Shown: positions 45,421-55,637, counted from the first letter of the stretch. The stretch is 64,000 nt of DNA from Candidatus Eiseniibacteriota bacterium (GCA_963725865.1 CAVSAC010000012.1:1312001-1376000), one strand, 5' to 3'. Numbers and translations: made by a program. Notes: generated by a model from the letters alone, not told the origin.

Positions 45421-45461
45421 GGTATAGGCACGACGAATCATGACGTCAACGTCACTGATTC
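45421..45461 (-). promoter_or_regulatory. chrB promoter (TTGACG-N17-TATACC) overlapped by inverted repeat GAATCA-TGACG-tcaa-CGTCA-c-TGATTC
   Basis: Inverted repeat at 45435-45461 covers the -35; candidate ChrB operator. Confidence 0.5.
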
Positions 45462-45640
45462 ATCTGGGATACGCGCGGCCGCGGCTGTGGTCCTTCGATT
45501 GCGGGACGGCGGCTGCCGAGGCCTCCGTTTCGTGACCCACCGGGCTGATGGTTGCCGACTCGTACAGTCGCTCGACGTGGTGGATGAAGGGCACGTACTT
45601 CTCGATGTACTCCCGGCCCGGCTCCACGTCGCCGGCCGAG
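45460..45640 (-). pseudogene. C-terminal remnant resembling DUF6448 proteins
   Basis: DVEPGREYIEKYVPFIHHVERLYESA...*; recognised from memory. Confidence 0.5.
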
Positions 45641-45686
45641 CAGTCGCAGGCGGCCTCCGGAATGGCGGGCCCGAGATCGCGGCCGA

Positions 45687-46130
45687 CTAGCGGTGCCGCC
45701 CGATGCGCAGGTTGGCGGTGCCGAGGTAGATCTCGCGCAGGAAGATGGTGAGGCCTCCGACCAGCGCCAGCATGGCGGTCACGAACAGGACCGAGATCAC
45801 GCGCTCGAGGTCGATGTCCAGCGCGCTGCCGATGAACAGGAGCGCGATCACGAGGCAGACCATCAGCGCGCAGCTGGTGCTGAGCGTGAGCGCCAGGTTC
45901 ACCATCCACGCCCGGTGCGAGAGCATCGACAGCTCGGAGTGCATCTCCGCGTGCCGCTCCGCCGGCTCCGTGAGGAGCCGATCTTCGACCAGGCGGGCGC
46001 GGTCGATGATGCGCGCCAGCCGGTTCGTGAGGACGGTCAGGATCACTCCCACTCCGGACAGCAGGAACACGGGCGCGACCGCCAACTGGATCACGTGGAC
46101 GACATTGGGTGTGGGGAGCGCTGTGGTCAC
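45687..46130 (-). CDS. DUF2721 membrane protein
   Basis: IQLAVAPVFLLSGVG...LTNRLARIIDRAR...FLREI. Confidence 0.85.
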   Translation of the reverse strand: MTTALPTPNVVHVIQLAVAPVFLLSGVGVILTVLTNRLARIIDRARLVEDRLLTEPAERHAEMHSELSMLSHRAWMVNLALTLSTSCALMVCLVIALLFIGSALDIDLERVISVLFVTAMLALVGGLTIFLREIYLGTANLRIGRHR

Positions 46131-46333
46131 GATTCCTCCGGCCGCGGAGTGTGCCGGTGCGTGCGACGTTCCGCAACTGCAGGCGACGGGAGTCTGCCGC
46201 CCCCGCGGTCCTCACGCGGCCTAAGCGACGCTTCGACTTCACGCGAGTCGGATCGCCGCATCGCGTTCGAGAGGTGCTAGAGTGCGTCGAGGTCGCGTGC
46301 AGTTCCCATCACCCGAACCGGGGGCGGCGATCC

Positions 46334-46465
46334 ATGGGCGACAAGTCTCCGAAGTCGAAAGAGCGGCTGAAGAAGCAGGACGCGGCGGAGAAGAACCAGA
46401 AGAAGGCCGACGCCTACAGCAAGGCGCACCCGGCTCCTGCTGCGCCGGTGAAGAAGGGCAAGTAG
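46334..46465 (+). CDS. Small basic 43-aa protein
   Basis: MGDKSPKSKERLKKQ...; coding-like codon usage. Confidence 0.55.
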   Translation: MGDKSPKSKERLKKQDAAEKNQKKADAYSKAHPAPAAPVKKGK

Positions 46466-46523
46466 TCCGTCGAGTTCACTGAGCTCGGTCGGCAGTGCGG
46501 CCGCTCGGGCGGCTGCGTCCGCG

Positions 46524-47081
46524 TCATCGTGGACGTTCGCGGCCGCCGCCGCGCCGCGCGCGCGGCCCCACCACGCCGGCAAGGAACGTCTTCTCGATCG
46601 ACTCCGTCAGTTCGGCCATCGCCGCTTCCAGCTCTCGGTGTCTGCGATTCACCTCCGGATCGGCGTGTCGCTCCTGCGCGAGCGCCTCGGCGCAGCGCTC
46701 CCGGAGCGGCAGGTGGCCGACCGGCTGCCCCAATTGCGCCACCAGCCCCATCACCCGCGCGATCTGCCGCTGGGTCGCCTCGATCCGGTCGACCGCCCGC
46801 TGCTCGCTCACGGCACCGCGCCGCGCGTCCTGAAGCAGCCGGCACTCGAACGTCCGGCAGCACGCGGGGCGGTGCGCGTAGATGCTGCAGCGTCTCCCCC
46901 GCAGCGCGCGACACGGCTGAACCAGCAGCGCGCCGTGGGTGTCTCTGTCTTCGATCTCCAGCCCCATGAGCTCCAACCCGTCGGCTTCGGCGCGACTCGC
47001 CAGCTCGACGTCGGCGAACAGCGATCCGTCGCAGCACAACCCGCACCGCGTGCACAGGGTATCCGTGAGGCTCCGTTCCAT
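46524..47081 (-). CDS. YkgJ family CxxCxxCC cysteine-cluster protein
   Basis: CTRCGLCC...PC...CSIYAHRPACCRTFEC. Confidence 0.85.
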   Translation of the reverse strand: MERSLTDTLCTRCGLCCDGSLFADVELASRAEADGLELMGLEIEDRDTHGALLVQPCRALRGRRCSIYAHRPACCRTFECRLLQDARRGAVSEQRAVDRIEATQRQIARVMGLVAQLGQPVGHLPLRERCAEALAQERHADPEVNRRHRELEAAMAELTESIEKTFLAGVVGPRARRGGGRERPR

Positions 47082-47299
47082 GACGGGACCATCGCTGATC
47101 CCGTCCCACGATGAAAGCGACATGATCGACGGGCGGCTCATCCGGCGGGTCCGGGGCGCGGTCGATGAACGGCCGCGGCCACTCCTTGCCTTCGCGCGAT
47201 CTCCGGGGGAGACTGCGGGTTCCCATGGCCCTCCCCGGATCCGCTCGTGGACCGCGCCCGAACTCGTCACGCCCTGACCGCTGACCGGGGATCGCTTCG

Positions 47300-49108
47300 A
47301 TGGCCATCTTCCATTTCGACTTCGCCGACGCGCCCAGGGACCTGACGCTACGGCCCGGCGACATGCGCCGCATCTGGCGCTACCTGCTGCCTGCGTGGCG
47401 CCCGTCGGTGCTCATCCTGCTCTGCATCATCGCCGGCGCGCTGTTGGGCGTGATCCCGCCCCTGCTGGTCCGCGCGGTCATCGATCGCGCGATCCCGAGC
47501 CATGACGGCCGGCTGCTGAACTGGCTGATCGCCGGCATGATCGGCGCCCCGCTGGTCGCGGGCCTCATCGGCGTGTGGCAGAACTACCTCGTCACCGTGA
47601 TGGGCCAGGGCGTCATGTTCGAGATCCGGAACGACATGTTCGACCGGGTGCTGCGGCAGTCGCTGCGGTTCTTCACCAACACCAAGTCGGGCGAGATCGT
47701 ATCGCGGCTCCAGAACGACGTGGGCAGCGTCCAGGGCGTGGTCACGGGGACCATGGTCAACCTCGCCTCCAACCTGCTCGTGGTCGTGAGCACGCTGGCC
47801 GTGATCCTGCGCCTCGACTGGCGGCTGTCGCTCGTCGCGGTGGCCGTGCTGCCGTTCTTCATCCTCCCGACGCGGCGCGTGGGCCAGATGCGCGGCCGGC
47901 TCGCGAAGGAGACGCAGGAGCGCATGGCCGAGATCACCGCCGCGATCCAGGAGACGCTGTCGGTGAGCGGCTACTTGCTGGCGCGGCTGTTCGGGGCCCA
48001 GGCGCAGGAGCGCCGGCGCTTCCGCGAGAAGGCGGCCGCGGTGCGCGACCTGCAGGTGCGCCAGAGCATGATCGGGCGCTGGTTCCTGATGTTCATCCTG
48101 CTGTTCGCCAGCGTGGGGCCCGCGCTCATCTACTGGGTGGGCGGCCACGAGGCCATCGCGGGGCGGATCTCGATCGGCACCATCGTGGCGTTCGTCGGCT
48201 ACCTGGGCCGGCTCTACACCCCCGCGACGGCGCTCGTGAACGCGCACGTCGACGTGATGAGCGGGGCCGCCGTGTTCCGCCGCATCTTCGACTACCTCGA
48301 TCTGCCCATCGACATCGCCGAACCCGCCGCGCCGGTCCGACTCGCCGATCCGCGGGGCGCGCTGCGATTCGAGGGCGTGTCGATGGCGTACGCCGGGGCC
48401 GGCCCGCCGTGGACGGTCGAGGACCTCGAGTTCGAGGTGCGGCCCGGTCAGATGGTGGCGCTGGTGGGCCCCAGCGGGGCCGGCAAGACCACGGTGACGT
48501 ATCTCGCCACCCGGCTCTATGACCCGACGCGCGGCCGCGTCACGTTCGATGGCACCGATCTGCGGCAGCTCGAGCTCGACGACCTCGCGCGCTGGACCGC
48601 CATGGTCACGCAGGAGACGACGCTGTTCCACGCCACGATCGCCGAGAACCTGCGCTACGCCCGGCCGAACGCGAGCGCGGAGGAACTGGAGCGCGCCTGC
48701 GCGCTGGCGCAGGTGCTGGACGTGGTCCGCGGCCTGCCCCTGGGTTTCGAAACGGTGGTCGGCGAGCGCGGCTACAAACTCTCGGGGGGCGAGCGCCAGC
48801 GCCTCGCGCTCGCGCGCGTGGTGCTGCGCGACCCGCGGCTGCTCATCCTGGACGAGGCGACGTCCTCCCTGGACTCGCGCTCCGAGGCGTTGATCCGCGA
48901 GGCGCTCGAGGCGGTCCTGGTCGGTCGCAGCAGCCTGGTCATCGCCCACCGCCTCAGCACCGTGCTGCGCGCCGACCTGATCCTGGTCATGGACAAGGGG
49001 CGGCTGGTCGAGCGCGGCACGCACGCCCAGCTGCTGGCGAACAGCGGACTGTACGCACGGCTCTATGAAGAGCAGTTCCGGCACGCCCAGGCCGCCGACG
49101 CGTGCTAG
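47300..49108 (+). CDS. ABC exporter, fused permease + ATPase
   Basis: 6-TM domain; GPSGAGKTT, LSGGERQR, LDEATSSLD. Confidence 0.93.
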   Translation: MAIFHFDFADAPRDLTLRPGDMRRIWRYLLPAWRPSVLILLCIIAGALLGVIPPLLVRAVIDRAIPSHDGRLLNWLIAGMIGAPLVAGLIGVWQNYLVTVMGQGVMFEIRNDMFDRVLRQSLRFFTNTKSGEIVSRLQNDVGSVQGVVTGTMVNLASNLLVVVSTLAVILRLDWRLSLVAVAVLPFFILPTRRVGQMRGRLAKETQERMAEITAAIQETLSVSGYLLARLFGAQAQERRRFREKAAAVRDLQVRQSMIGRWFLMFILLFASVGPALIYWVGGHEAIAGRISIGTIVAFVGYLGRLYTPATALVNAHVDVMSGAAVFRRIFDYLDLPIDIAEPAAPVRLADPRGALRFEGVSMAYAGAGPPWTVEDLEFEVRPGQMVALVGPSGAGKTTVTYLATRLYDPTRGRVTFDGTDLRQLELDDLARWTAMVTQETTLFHATIAENLRYARPNASAEELERACALAQVLDVVRGLPLGFETVVGERGYKLSGGERQRLALARVVLRDPRLLILDEATSSLDSRSEALIREALEAVLVGRSSLVIAHRLSTVLRADLILVMDKGRLVERGTHAQLLANSGLYARLYEEQFRHAQAADAC

Positions 49109-49228
49109 AGGGCCGGCGGGTGCGCGCGGGCCGCCGCAGCGGATGGCGCCCGGCCGCCGCCCTCGTGCCCCGCTCCCGGCATCGTCTCCGCACCACGGTG
49201 ACCGATCGAGATCTGGCGCGGTTCCCGC

Positions 49229-49702
49229 CTAGCGCCCGTCGTGGGCCTCCTGCAGACGGCGGATGTCGAGCTTCTTCATCTGGAGCATGGCCGTCATCAC
49301 CCGCTTCGCCTTCTCGGGATCCCTGGCTCCCATCAGGGCGCCGAGGACCGAGGGCACGATCTGCCAGGACAGGCCGTACTTGTCCTTCAACCAGCCACAT
49401 GGCTCCTGCGATCCGCCCGCGGAGAGCTTCTCCCACAGCTCGTCCACCTCCTGTTGCGTCTCGCAGCGCACGAAGAAAGAGATCGCCGGAGTGAACTGGA
49501 ACTGCGGGCCGCCGTTCAGCGCGACGAAGTCCTGCCCGTCGAGTTCGAAGGTCGCCGACATCACCGTGCCCTGGGGTGCAGGCCCGCCCGCACCGACCCG
49601 GTGGACGCGCTTCACCTTCGAGTTCTTGAAGATCGAGACGTAGAAGTTCATCGCCTCTTCGGCCTTGCCGTCGAACCACAGGAACGGGGTGATCTTGTGC
49701 AT
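49229..49702 (-). CDS. VOC family / PhnB-like protein
   Basis: KITPFLWFDGKAEEA...CGWLKDKYGLSWQIVP. Confidence 0.9.
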   Translation of the reverse strand: MHKITPFLWFDGKAEEAMNFYVSIFKNSKVKRVHRVGAGGPAPQGTVMSATFELDGQDFVALNGGPQFQFTPAISFFVRCETQQEVDELWEKLSAGGSQEPCGWLKDKYGLSWQIVPSVLGALMGARDPEKAKRVMTAMLQMKKLDIRRLQEAHDGR

Positions 49703-49782
49703 GTCGATCTCCTTCAGCCGACCGGATGACCGCGGGCAGAGCGACCTGGCGGTCGTCGCGAGGTCGAGGATTCCGGCGAGTG

Positions 49783-50214
49783 TCAGTTCGAGAGCGGCCG
49801 CGGACGATGGAGCGCGCCGCCCAGCCAGGTGCATGGCAGCGCCGTCACCACCAGCGCGAACGGATACCAGCGGGGCCCCAGGTTCATCGGCAGCGTCGCG
49901 ATCGCACCGAAGAGACTCACGACCAAGCCGATGCCGCCGAGGATCATCGCGTGTCGCATCGGACGCCGCGGCGCCAGGCGCGCGGCGAGGTAGCCGCCGA
50001 GCACGGTGTAGACGAGGCGGTACGCGAGCGCCAGCAGGTTGAGACCGGGGTCGAACATCGGCTCGGTCCACGGTGGATAGACGTGAAGCACGTGCAGCAC
50101 CTGGTCGGTGCCGATCGACAGCACGGCGACCGTGAGGAACCCCACGAGCACCGCGCCGATGCTGCGCGGCCGGCTGCCCGGGGGCGTGGTGGTCAGCGTG
50201 TCGATGGGTTTCAT
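49783..50214 (-). CDS. Hypothetical 4-TM membrane protein
   Basis: SIGAVLVGF...GGYLAARLAP...GPRWYP. Confidence 0.75.
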   Translation of the reverse strand: MKPIDTLTTTPPGSRPRSIGAVLVGFLTVAVLSIGTDQVLHVLHVYPPWTEPMFDPGLNLLALAYRLVYTVLGGYLAARLAPRRPMRHAMILGGIGLVVSLFGAIATLPMNLGPRWYPFALVVTALPCTWLGGALHRPRPLSN

Positions 50215-50269
50215 GGCAGGTCTCCCCAGGATTGCGCGGCCGGATCGTGTGGCGCAGGACGACGCAACG

Positions 50270-50749
50270 TCACTGCGACAACACGCTGTCGAGGGCGTCG
50301 AAGCTCTTTCCCACGCCGTCTTGCATCGGGGACTTGAGGATCGCGTCACGGACTTCCTTCGACGTATAGCGCATCGTCATCGTGAGTGTCGTGCGGCCGC
50401 CTCGCTCGATGAACATCACCGTGCCCGTGGCTTCGCCTTCATACCACGGGTCGTCGAACTGCTCGGTCGACACGATGCGCTCGGGGATCACGAGCTCGCG
50501 GATGGTGCCGCGCAATCCCATCGAGGTGCCATCCTGCCGGCGCCACACGTACCGAATCCGGCCGCCGACCTGGAGGTCGATCTCACAGACGTCGAGAGTC
50601 CAGCCGCCGAATACCCCGAGCCAGCGCTTGAGCAGCTCGGGCTTGGTGTAGGCGTCGAAGACCATCTGGCGCGGCGCGGCGAACTCGCGCGACATCGCGA
50701 TCTCGCGGTCGGAGGGCGTGGTGATCTTCAAGCTGCCGGAGCTCGTCAT
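50270..50749 (-). CDS. SRPBCC/AHA1-like domain protein
   Basis: SDREIAMSREFAAPRQMVFDAYTKPELLKRW. Confidence 0.9.
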   Translation of the reverse strand: MTSSGSLKITTPSDREIAMSREFAAPRQMVFDAYTKPELLKRWLGVFGGWTLDVCEIDLQVGGRIRYVWRRQDGTSMGLRGTIRELVIPERIVSTEQFDDPWYEGEATGTVMFIERGGRTTLTMTMRYTSKEVRDAILKSPMQDGVGKSFDALDSVLSQ

Positions 50750-51147
50750 CGTGCTCGTCTCCTCTTGCGCATGGTGGGGACACGCTGTCGCTTCCGCGTC
50801 TGCGATTTCAACTCGTCGAGCACGGCGTCGAGGCGCTGGAAGCTGGCCTCCCACGCCTCCCGGTACCGCTCCAGCCACACGTCGATCTCCGCGAGCGGCT
50901 GCGGCTCGAGCCGGCACGGGCGGCGCTGGGCATCGCGGCCGCGCGAGATCAGGCCGACGCGCTCCAGCACCTTCAGGTGCTTCGAGATCGCCGGCTGGCT
51001 CATCGCGAACGGTGCGACCAGCTCCGTGACCGACGCCGGGCCCGCCGCGAGCCGCGCGATGATCGCCCGCCGGGTGGGATCGGCGAGGGCCGAGAACATG
51101 GCGTCGAGGCGCTCCGGAGCCAGTGCGGATGTCGCGGTCGCTTTCAT
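50746..51147 (-). CDS. ArsR/SmtB family regulator
   Basis: FSALADPTRRAIIARL...SQPAISKHLKVLERVGLI. Confidence 0.92.
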   Translation of the reverse strand: MKATATSALAPERLDAMFSALADPTRRAIIARLAAGPASVTELVAPFAMSQPAISKHLKVLERVGLISRGRDAQRRPCRLEPQPLAEIDVWLERYREAWEASFQRLDAVLDELKSQTRKRQRVPTMRKRRRAR

Positions 51148-51183
51148 AACTGGCAGGTTATGTAAGATCGTGGTGACGGTCAA
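51146..51183 (-). promoter_or_regulatory. Leaderless promoter TTGACC-N17-TAACCT with operator ATAAC-N6-GTTAT
   Basis: -35 at 51178-51183, -10 at 51155-51160, palindrome at 51146-51161 overlapping the ATG. Confidence 0.7.
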
Positions 51184-51360
51184 CCCCGGAGTCGAGCGGC
51201 CGCGCGATCTCCCGATCGCTTCGACCGCGACGCTCGGTCCGCCCGGACATTCGCTCTTGTAGCGTCAGCGCCCGCAGGCTAGGGTTCGCGCCCCGCTCAC
51301 CACCCCCCGTGATCGAGCGACTCCCACCGATCCGAATCCGTTCCCCACGCGGAGGCCGTG

Positions 51361-53838
51361 ATGCCCGACGAGACCATCGGCAGCAATCCGCCCCCCGACC
51401 GCGCCCCCCGCCCGAGCGGCGGAGCGCCCGACGAGACGATCGGCATGGTGCCGGCCGCCGGCCGTGACTCGGGCGCGCGGGGCGCGCGGGAGGATCTCCC
51501 GGGTCCGATCGGTCCCTATCGCTTGCTCGAGCGGCTCGGCGAAGGCGGGATGGGCGAGGTCTATCTCGCCGAGCAGACTGGGGCCATCCGCCGCCACGTG
51601 GCGCTCAAGATCATCAAGCAGGGCATGGACACCCGCGAGGTGGTGGCGCGCTTCATGGCCGAGCGCCAGGCGCTCGCGATGATGGACCACCCCTGCATCG
51701 CCCGCGCGTTCGACGCCGGCGCCACCGAGCAGGGTCGGCCGTACTTCGTCATGGAGTACGTGGACGGTTTGCCGATCACCGACTACTGCGACCGCCATCG
51801 ACTCGGGACGCGCGAGCGCCTCCGTCTCTTCATCCGGGTCTGCGACGGCGTCCAGCACGCGCACCAGAAGGCGATCATCCACCGCGACCTGAAGCCGCAC
51901 AACGTTCTCGTCACGCTGGTGGACGGCCAGCCGGTGCCGAAGATCATCGACTTCGGGATCGCGAAGGCGACCGGGCAGGCGCTCACCGAACAGACGATGT
52001 TCACGGCGCTCGGCCAGATGGTCGGGACCCCGGAGTACATGAGTCCCGAGCAGGTCGAGATGGCGGGCGAGGACATCGACACCCGCACCGACGTCTATTC
52101 GCTGGGCGTCATCCTCTACGAGCTGCTCGCGGGAGCGCCGCCGTTCGATCCGGCCGAGTTCCGGCGCGAGGGCTTCGAGGCCATCCGTCGCCGCATCCGC
52201 GAGCAGGACCCGGTGAAGCCGAGCACGCGCGTGGGCGCGTCCGGCAGCCCCTCCACCCTGTCGGCCCGCGACCGCGGGATCTCGCCGGATCGGCTGGCGA
52301 CAGAACTCCGGGGCGACCTCGACTGGATCACCCTGAAGGCGCTCGAGAAGGACCGGGCGCGACGCTACGCGACCGTCAACGGGCTGGCGCAGGACATCCA
52401 GCGTCACCTGAACCACGAACCGGTGCTGGCCTCGCCCCCCAGCGCGACCTACCTGATGGCGAAGCTGGTGCGCCGGCATCGGACCGCCTTCGCGGCGCTG
52501 GGCGCGATCCTCGTGATCCTCGCGGGCGCCGCGGCGCTCTCGACCACGCTCTACTTCCAGGCGCGACGGGAGTCCCGCCGCGCGCACGAGGAGGCCGCGC
52601 GCTCCGAGCAGGTGGCGACGTTCATGCGCGACATGCTGGCGGGCGTCGGACCCTCCGTGGCGCAGGGGCGCGACACGAAGATGCTGCGCGAAATCCTCGA
52701 GAAGACCGGGAGGCGGGTGGAGCGCGGTCTCGCGGGCCAGCCGGTGGTGGAAGCCGAGATGCGGTCGGTGCTCGGCACCACGTACGCCGATCTCGGCGAG
52801 TACGAGACCGCGCGGTCGAATCAGGAGCACGCGCATGCGCTGCTCCTGGCGCAGGTCGGCGAGCGCGACCCGCGCACGCTGCGCATCGCGATGAACCTGG
52901 GCGAGCTCCAGTACCGGCTCGGCAACCTGCAGGCCGCCGAGTCGATCCTCGTCCGCACCGGTGTGATCCAGGACGAGGTGCTGGGGCGCGAGCATCCGCA
53001 GTCGCTGGCCACGGCGGGCCGGCTGATGGCCGTCTACGCGTACGACGGTGCGCTCGACAAGGCCGATTCGCTCGGCCAGCGCGTGGTTCCCGCGATGCGG
53101 CGCGTGAGTGGGGACGCGGATCCCGAGACGCGCTCGGCTATGTACACGCTGGCGTCGGTGTACGTCGATCAGCTCAAGCTCGGCAAGGCGGAATCGCTCT
53201 ACGTCGACCTGCTCCGGGTGCAGTCCCGCGAGGACGGACCCGAGCACCCCAACACGCTGTCGGGGCGGGTGGGGCTCGGCTGGGTCTACCGAATGGAGCG
53301 ACGCTACCCGGAGGCCGAGCGCGAGACCCGCGAGGCGCTCGCGGCGATGCGTCGCGTGATGGGCAACGACCATTCCGAGACCCTGGTCGCGGTCAACAAT
53401 CTGGGGATCATCTACAGCGACATGAAGCTCTACGACAAGGCCGCGCCGCTCTACCGAGAGAACTACGAGAGCGGCGTGCGAGTGCTGGGGCCGCGTCACC
53501 CCGAGACGATCGCCGCGCTCGTGAATCTCGCGTGCTTCGACGAGAACCGCGGCCGCTACCGTGAGGGCGAGCGGCTGGCGAGCGAGAGCCTCGACCGCTT
53601 CCAGGGTGTCGTGCCGGACGACCATCCAGGCCGCGGGATCGCGTTCCTCACGCGCGGCGTGGATCGCGCGCATCTCGGGCGCGACCGCGAGGCCGAGCAC
53701 GACCTGCTCGAGGCCAATCGGATCCTGCTGCCGAAGTTCGGCCCCGACCACCGGCGCATCCATCAGCTGCGCGAGACGCTGCGCGGGGTCTACCAGCGGC
53801 TCGGCAGGCCCGACGACGCCGCGAAGTGGCAGGACTGA
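51361..53838 (+). CDS. Ser/Thr kinase + TM + kinesin-light-chain-type TPR repeats
   Basis: GEGGMGEVY, HRDLKPHN, DFGIAK, GDLDWITLKALEKD, GxxHPxT repeats. Confidence 0.92.
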   Translation: MPDETIGSNPPPDRAPRPSGGAPDETIGMVPAAGRDSGARGAREDLPGPIGPYRLLERLGEGGMGEVYLAEQTGAIRRHVALKIIKQGMDTREVVARFMAERQALAMMDHPCIARAFDAGATEQGRPYFVMEYVDGLPITDYCDRHRLGTRERLRLFIRVCDGVQHAHQKAIIHRDLKPHNVLVTLVDGQPVPKIIDFGIAKATGQALTEQTMFTALGQMVGTPEYMSPEQVEMAGEDIDTRTDVYSLGVILYELLAGAPPFDPAEFRREGFEAIRRRIREQDPVKPSTRVGASGSPSTLSARDRGISPDRLATELRGDLDWITLKALEKDRARRYATVNGLAQDIQRHLNHEPVLASPPSATYLMAKLVRRHRTAFAALGAILVILAGAAALSTTLYFQARRESRRAHEEAARSEQVATFMRDMLAGVGPSVAQGRDTKMLREILEKTGRRVERGLAGQPVVEAEMRSVLGTTYADLGEYETARSNQEHAHALLLAQVGERDPRTLRIAMNLGELQYRLGNLQAAESILVRTGVIQDEVLGREHPQSLATAGRLMAVYAYDGALDKADSLGQRVVPAMRRVSGDADPETRSAMYTLASVYVDQLKLGKAESLYVDLLRVQSREDGPEHPNTLSGRVGLGWVYRMERRYPEAERETREALAAMRRVMGNDHSETLVAVNNLGIIYSDMKLYDKAAPLYRENYESGVRVLGPRHPETIAALVNLACFDENRGRYREGERLASESLDRFQGVVPDDHPGRGIAFLTRGVDRAHLGRDREAEHDLLEANRILLPKFGPDHRRIHQLRETLRGVYQRLGRPDDAAKWQD

Positions 53839-53851
53839 GCCCCCCGCCGCG

Positions 53852-54784
53852 TCAGCGGAAGCGGCGCTTGAGCGCCCCCCAGCTCGCGCGCTGCGCGGGG
53901 GTGGTCGCGTCTTCGAAGGGCGTCACGCGGCTGCCCGCGGTCTCCACCACGTACACGTCGCCGAGCCCATTCAGCGCGACCCCGAACGGGCCGGCGAGCC
54001 CCGACAGGACGACGCTCGCCGCGCCGCCAGCCGACTCGAAGCGCGTCACGCGCGCGTTGCCCGCCTCGACGACGAACACCGGTCCGTCTCCCGCCACGGC
54101 GATCGCGATCGGGTAGCCGAGGTCCCCGACGCCCACGCCCGGTTGGCCCCAGCCGCCGAGCGGGATGCCGTCGAGAGTGAAACGCCGCACGCGCTGCGCC
54201 AGGTAGTCCACCACCAGCAGCTCGCCGCTGCGTGTGAGCGCGAGGCCCGCGGGCAACCCGAGCGGGTCGGCGCCGGTGTCGCCGAATGTGGCGAGCGAGG
54301 CGCCGGTCGGGCCGAACACCTGGATGCGATGGTTCGTCGATTCACTCACCAGCACGCGACCATCGGGGGTGACCACGATCCCGAACGGCCGGTCGAGCTG
54401 CCCCGGACCGCTGCCGCGCGTGCCCCACTCGCGCACGTACCCGCCCTCCGGCGAGAACACCTGCACGCGGTAGTTGGAGAAATCCGCGACATAGACTGTG
54501 TCCCCGCGCCCCACGGCGAGGAACTCGGCCTGGTTGAACTGACCGGGTCCCGATCCCGGCGAGCCCCAGGCGTCCACGTACGCGCCGTCGCGGCTGAAGC
54601 GCTGGATCCGGCCGTTGTTCGTGTCCATCACGAGCACCCGGCCCTGCGCGTCGCACGCGATGCCGGTCGGCGACTGGAACTGCCCGGGGCCGGTGCCCGA
54701 GGAGCCCCACGGTGGGATGACCGCCAGCGCGGGCGGGCCGGCCGCGATCAGCGCGGCGACGAGCAGCAAGCCGAGGGAGCGCAC
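53852..54784 (-). CDS. Secreted NHL-repeat beta-propeller with SWGALKRRFR tail
   Basis: WGSxGxGPGQF repeats; signal peptide. Confidence 0.85.
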   Translation of the reverse strand: MRSLGLLLVAALIAAGPPALAVIPPWGSSGTGPGQFQSPTGIACDAQGRVLVMDTNNGRIQRFSRDGAYVDAWGSPGSGPGQFNQAEFLAVGRGDTVYVADFSNYRVQVFSPEGGYVREWGTRGSGPGQLDRPFGIVVTPDGRVLVSESTNHRIQVFGPTGASLATFGDTGADPLGLPAGLALTRSGELLVVDYLAQRVRRFTLDGIPLGGWGQPGVGVGDLGYPIAIAVAGDGPVFVVEAGNARVTRFESAGGAASVVLSGLAGPFGVALNGLGDVYVVETAGSRVTPFEDATTPAQRASWGALKRRFR

Positions 54785-54838
54785 GCGGCTACTACACCAC
54801 GCGCGCCCCCCGGATTCCAGCGTCGGGGCGCGGCTCGA

Positions 54839-55432
54839 TCAGCGATAGAGCGACTTGATTCGTCCCCACGTCGACCGATTGGCCGGCGTGGTGCCCGCCA
54901 CCAGGAACCCGCGGATCTCGCCACCCGGGAATTGATTGGTGTGGATGTTGAGGTAGGCCGCGCCGTCCGCGATGCTCTGGAACAGGAAGGCCTCCGCGCC
55001 GGCGAGGCCGCCGTGGGCGGTGACGAAGCTCGGGTTGTAGCTCGTCGCCAGGGTCATGTCCATCGTGATGTCGTAGGTACCGGCGCTGACGTTCAGCGGG
55101 AAGCCGGCGAACGTCGGCGTGGTCGTGGCCACTCCCGCGGTCCCGGTGCCCGGCACGGCGGTGGCCGCGTGGATGTGGGAAGCGGTGGTGATTCCCAATA
55201 GCCCATTGAAGTCGACGTGGACGTGCATGGTGTGTGCGGCTGCGTCGACGTCCACCTGGGCGAGGCCGAGCCCGGGGGACAGATTCGTGGGTGACTCGAC
55301 CGCACCGTTGAGACTGGCGGTGTACGAGACCACGGCCGCGTGTGCGGCAGGGATGGCTCCGACGGTGATCCCGACGAGCAGGGTCAGGGCGAGCCGACAC
55401 GGGGGAAAGTACCGAGTAACGGACGAGCGCAT
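54839..55432 (-). CDS. Secreted CHRD-domain protein with TWGRIKSLYR tail
   Basis: TASHIH...AYLNIHTNQFPGGEIRGFL; signal peptide. Confidence 0.88.
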   Translation of the reverse strand: MRSSVTRYFPPCRLALTLLVGITVGAIPAAHAAVVSYTASLNGAVESPTNLSPGLGLAQVDVDAAAHTMHVHVDFNGLLGITTASHIHAATAVPGTGTAGVATTTPTFAGFPLNVSAGTYDITMDMTLATSYNPSFVTAHGGLAGAEAFLFQSIADGAAYLNIHTNQFPGGEIRGFLVAGTTPANRSTWGRIKSLYR

Positions 55433-55637
55433 GGGGGATGCTCCTCTCTCGATGAACGGGGGTTGAGGCGTCCTGGCTGGAGTCGTCGCGCACGGCCTGC
55501 GGCTTCGAGCTCGCACTGCAGCGAGGCACTCCCTGCTCGCCTCGCCGCACCGCTAGGATAACCGCAGCGCGGAGAATGATCGCACAGCATCGCGCGCTGG
55601 TCAGCAGGCGTAAACGCCATGCCATCCCGTGCTCGCG

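Noticed and set aside
55454..55480. ECF motif upstream of the CHRD gene
   Set aside because: CGTTC is present but the -35 position reads CCAGCC, not TGTGAC
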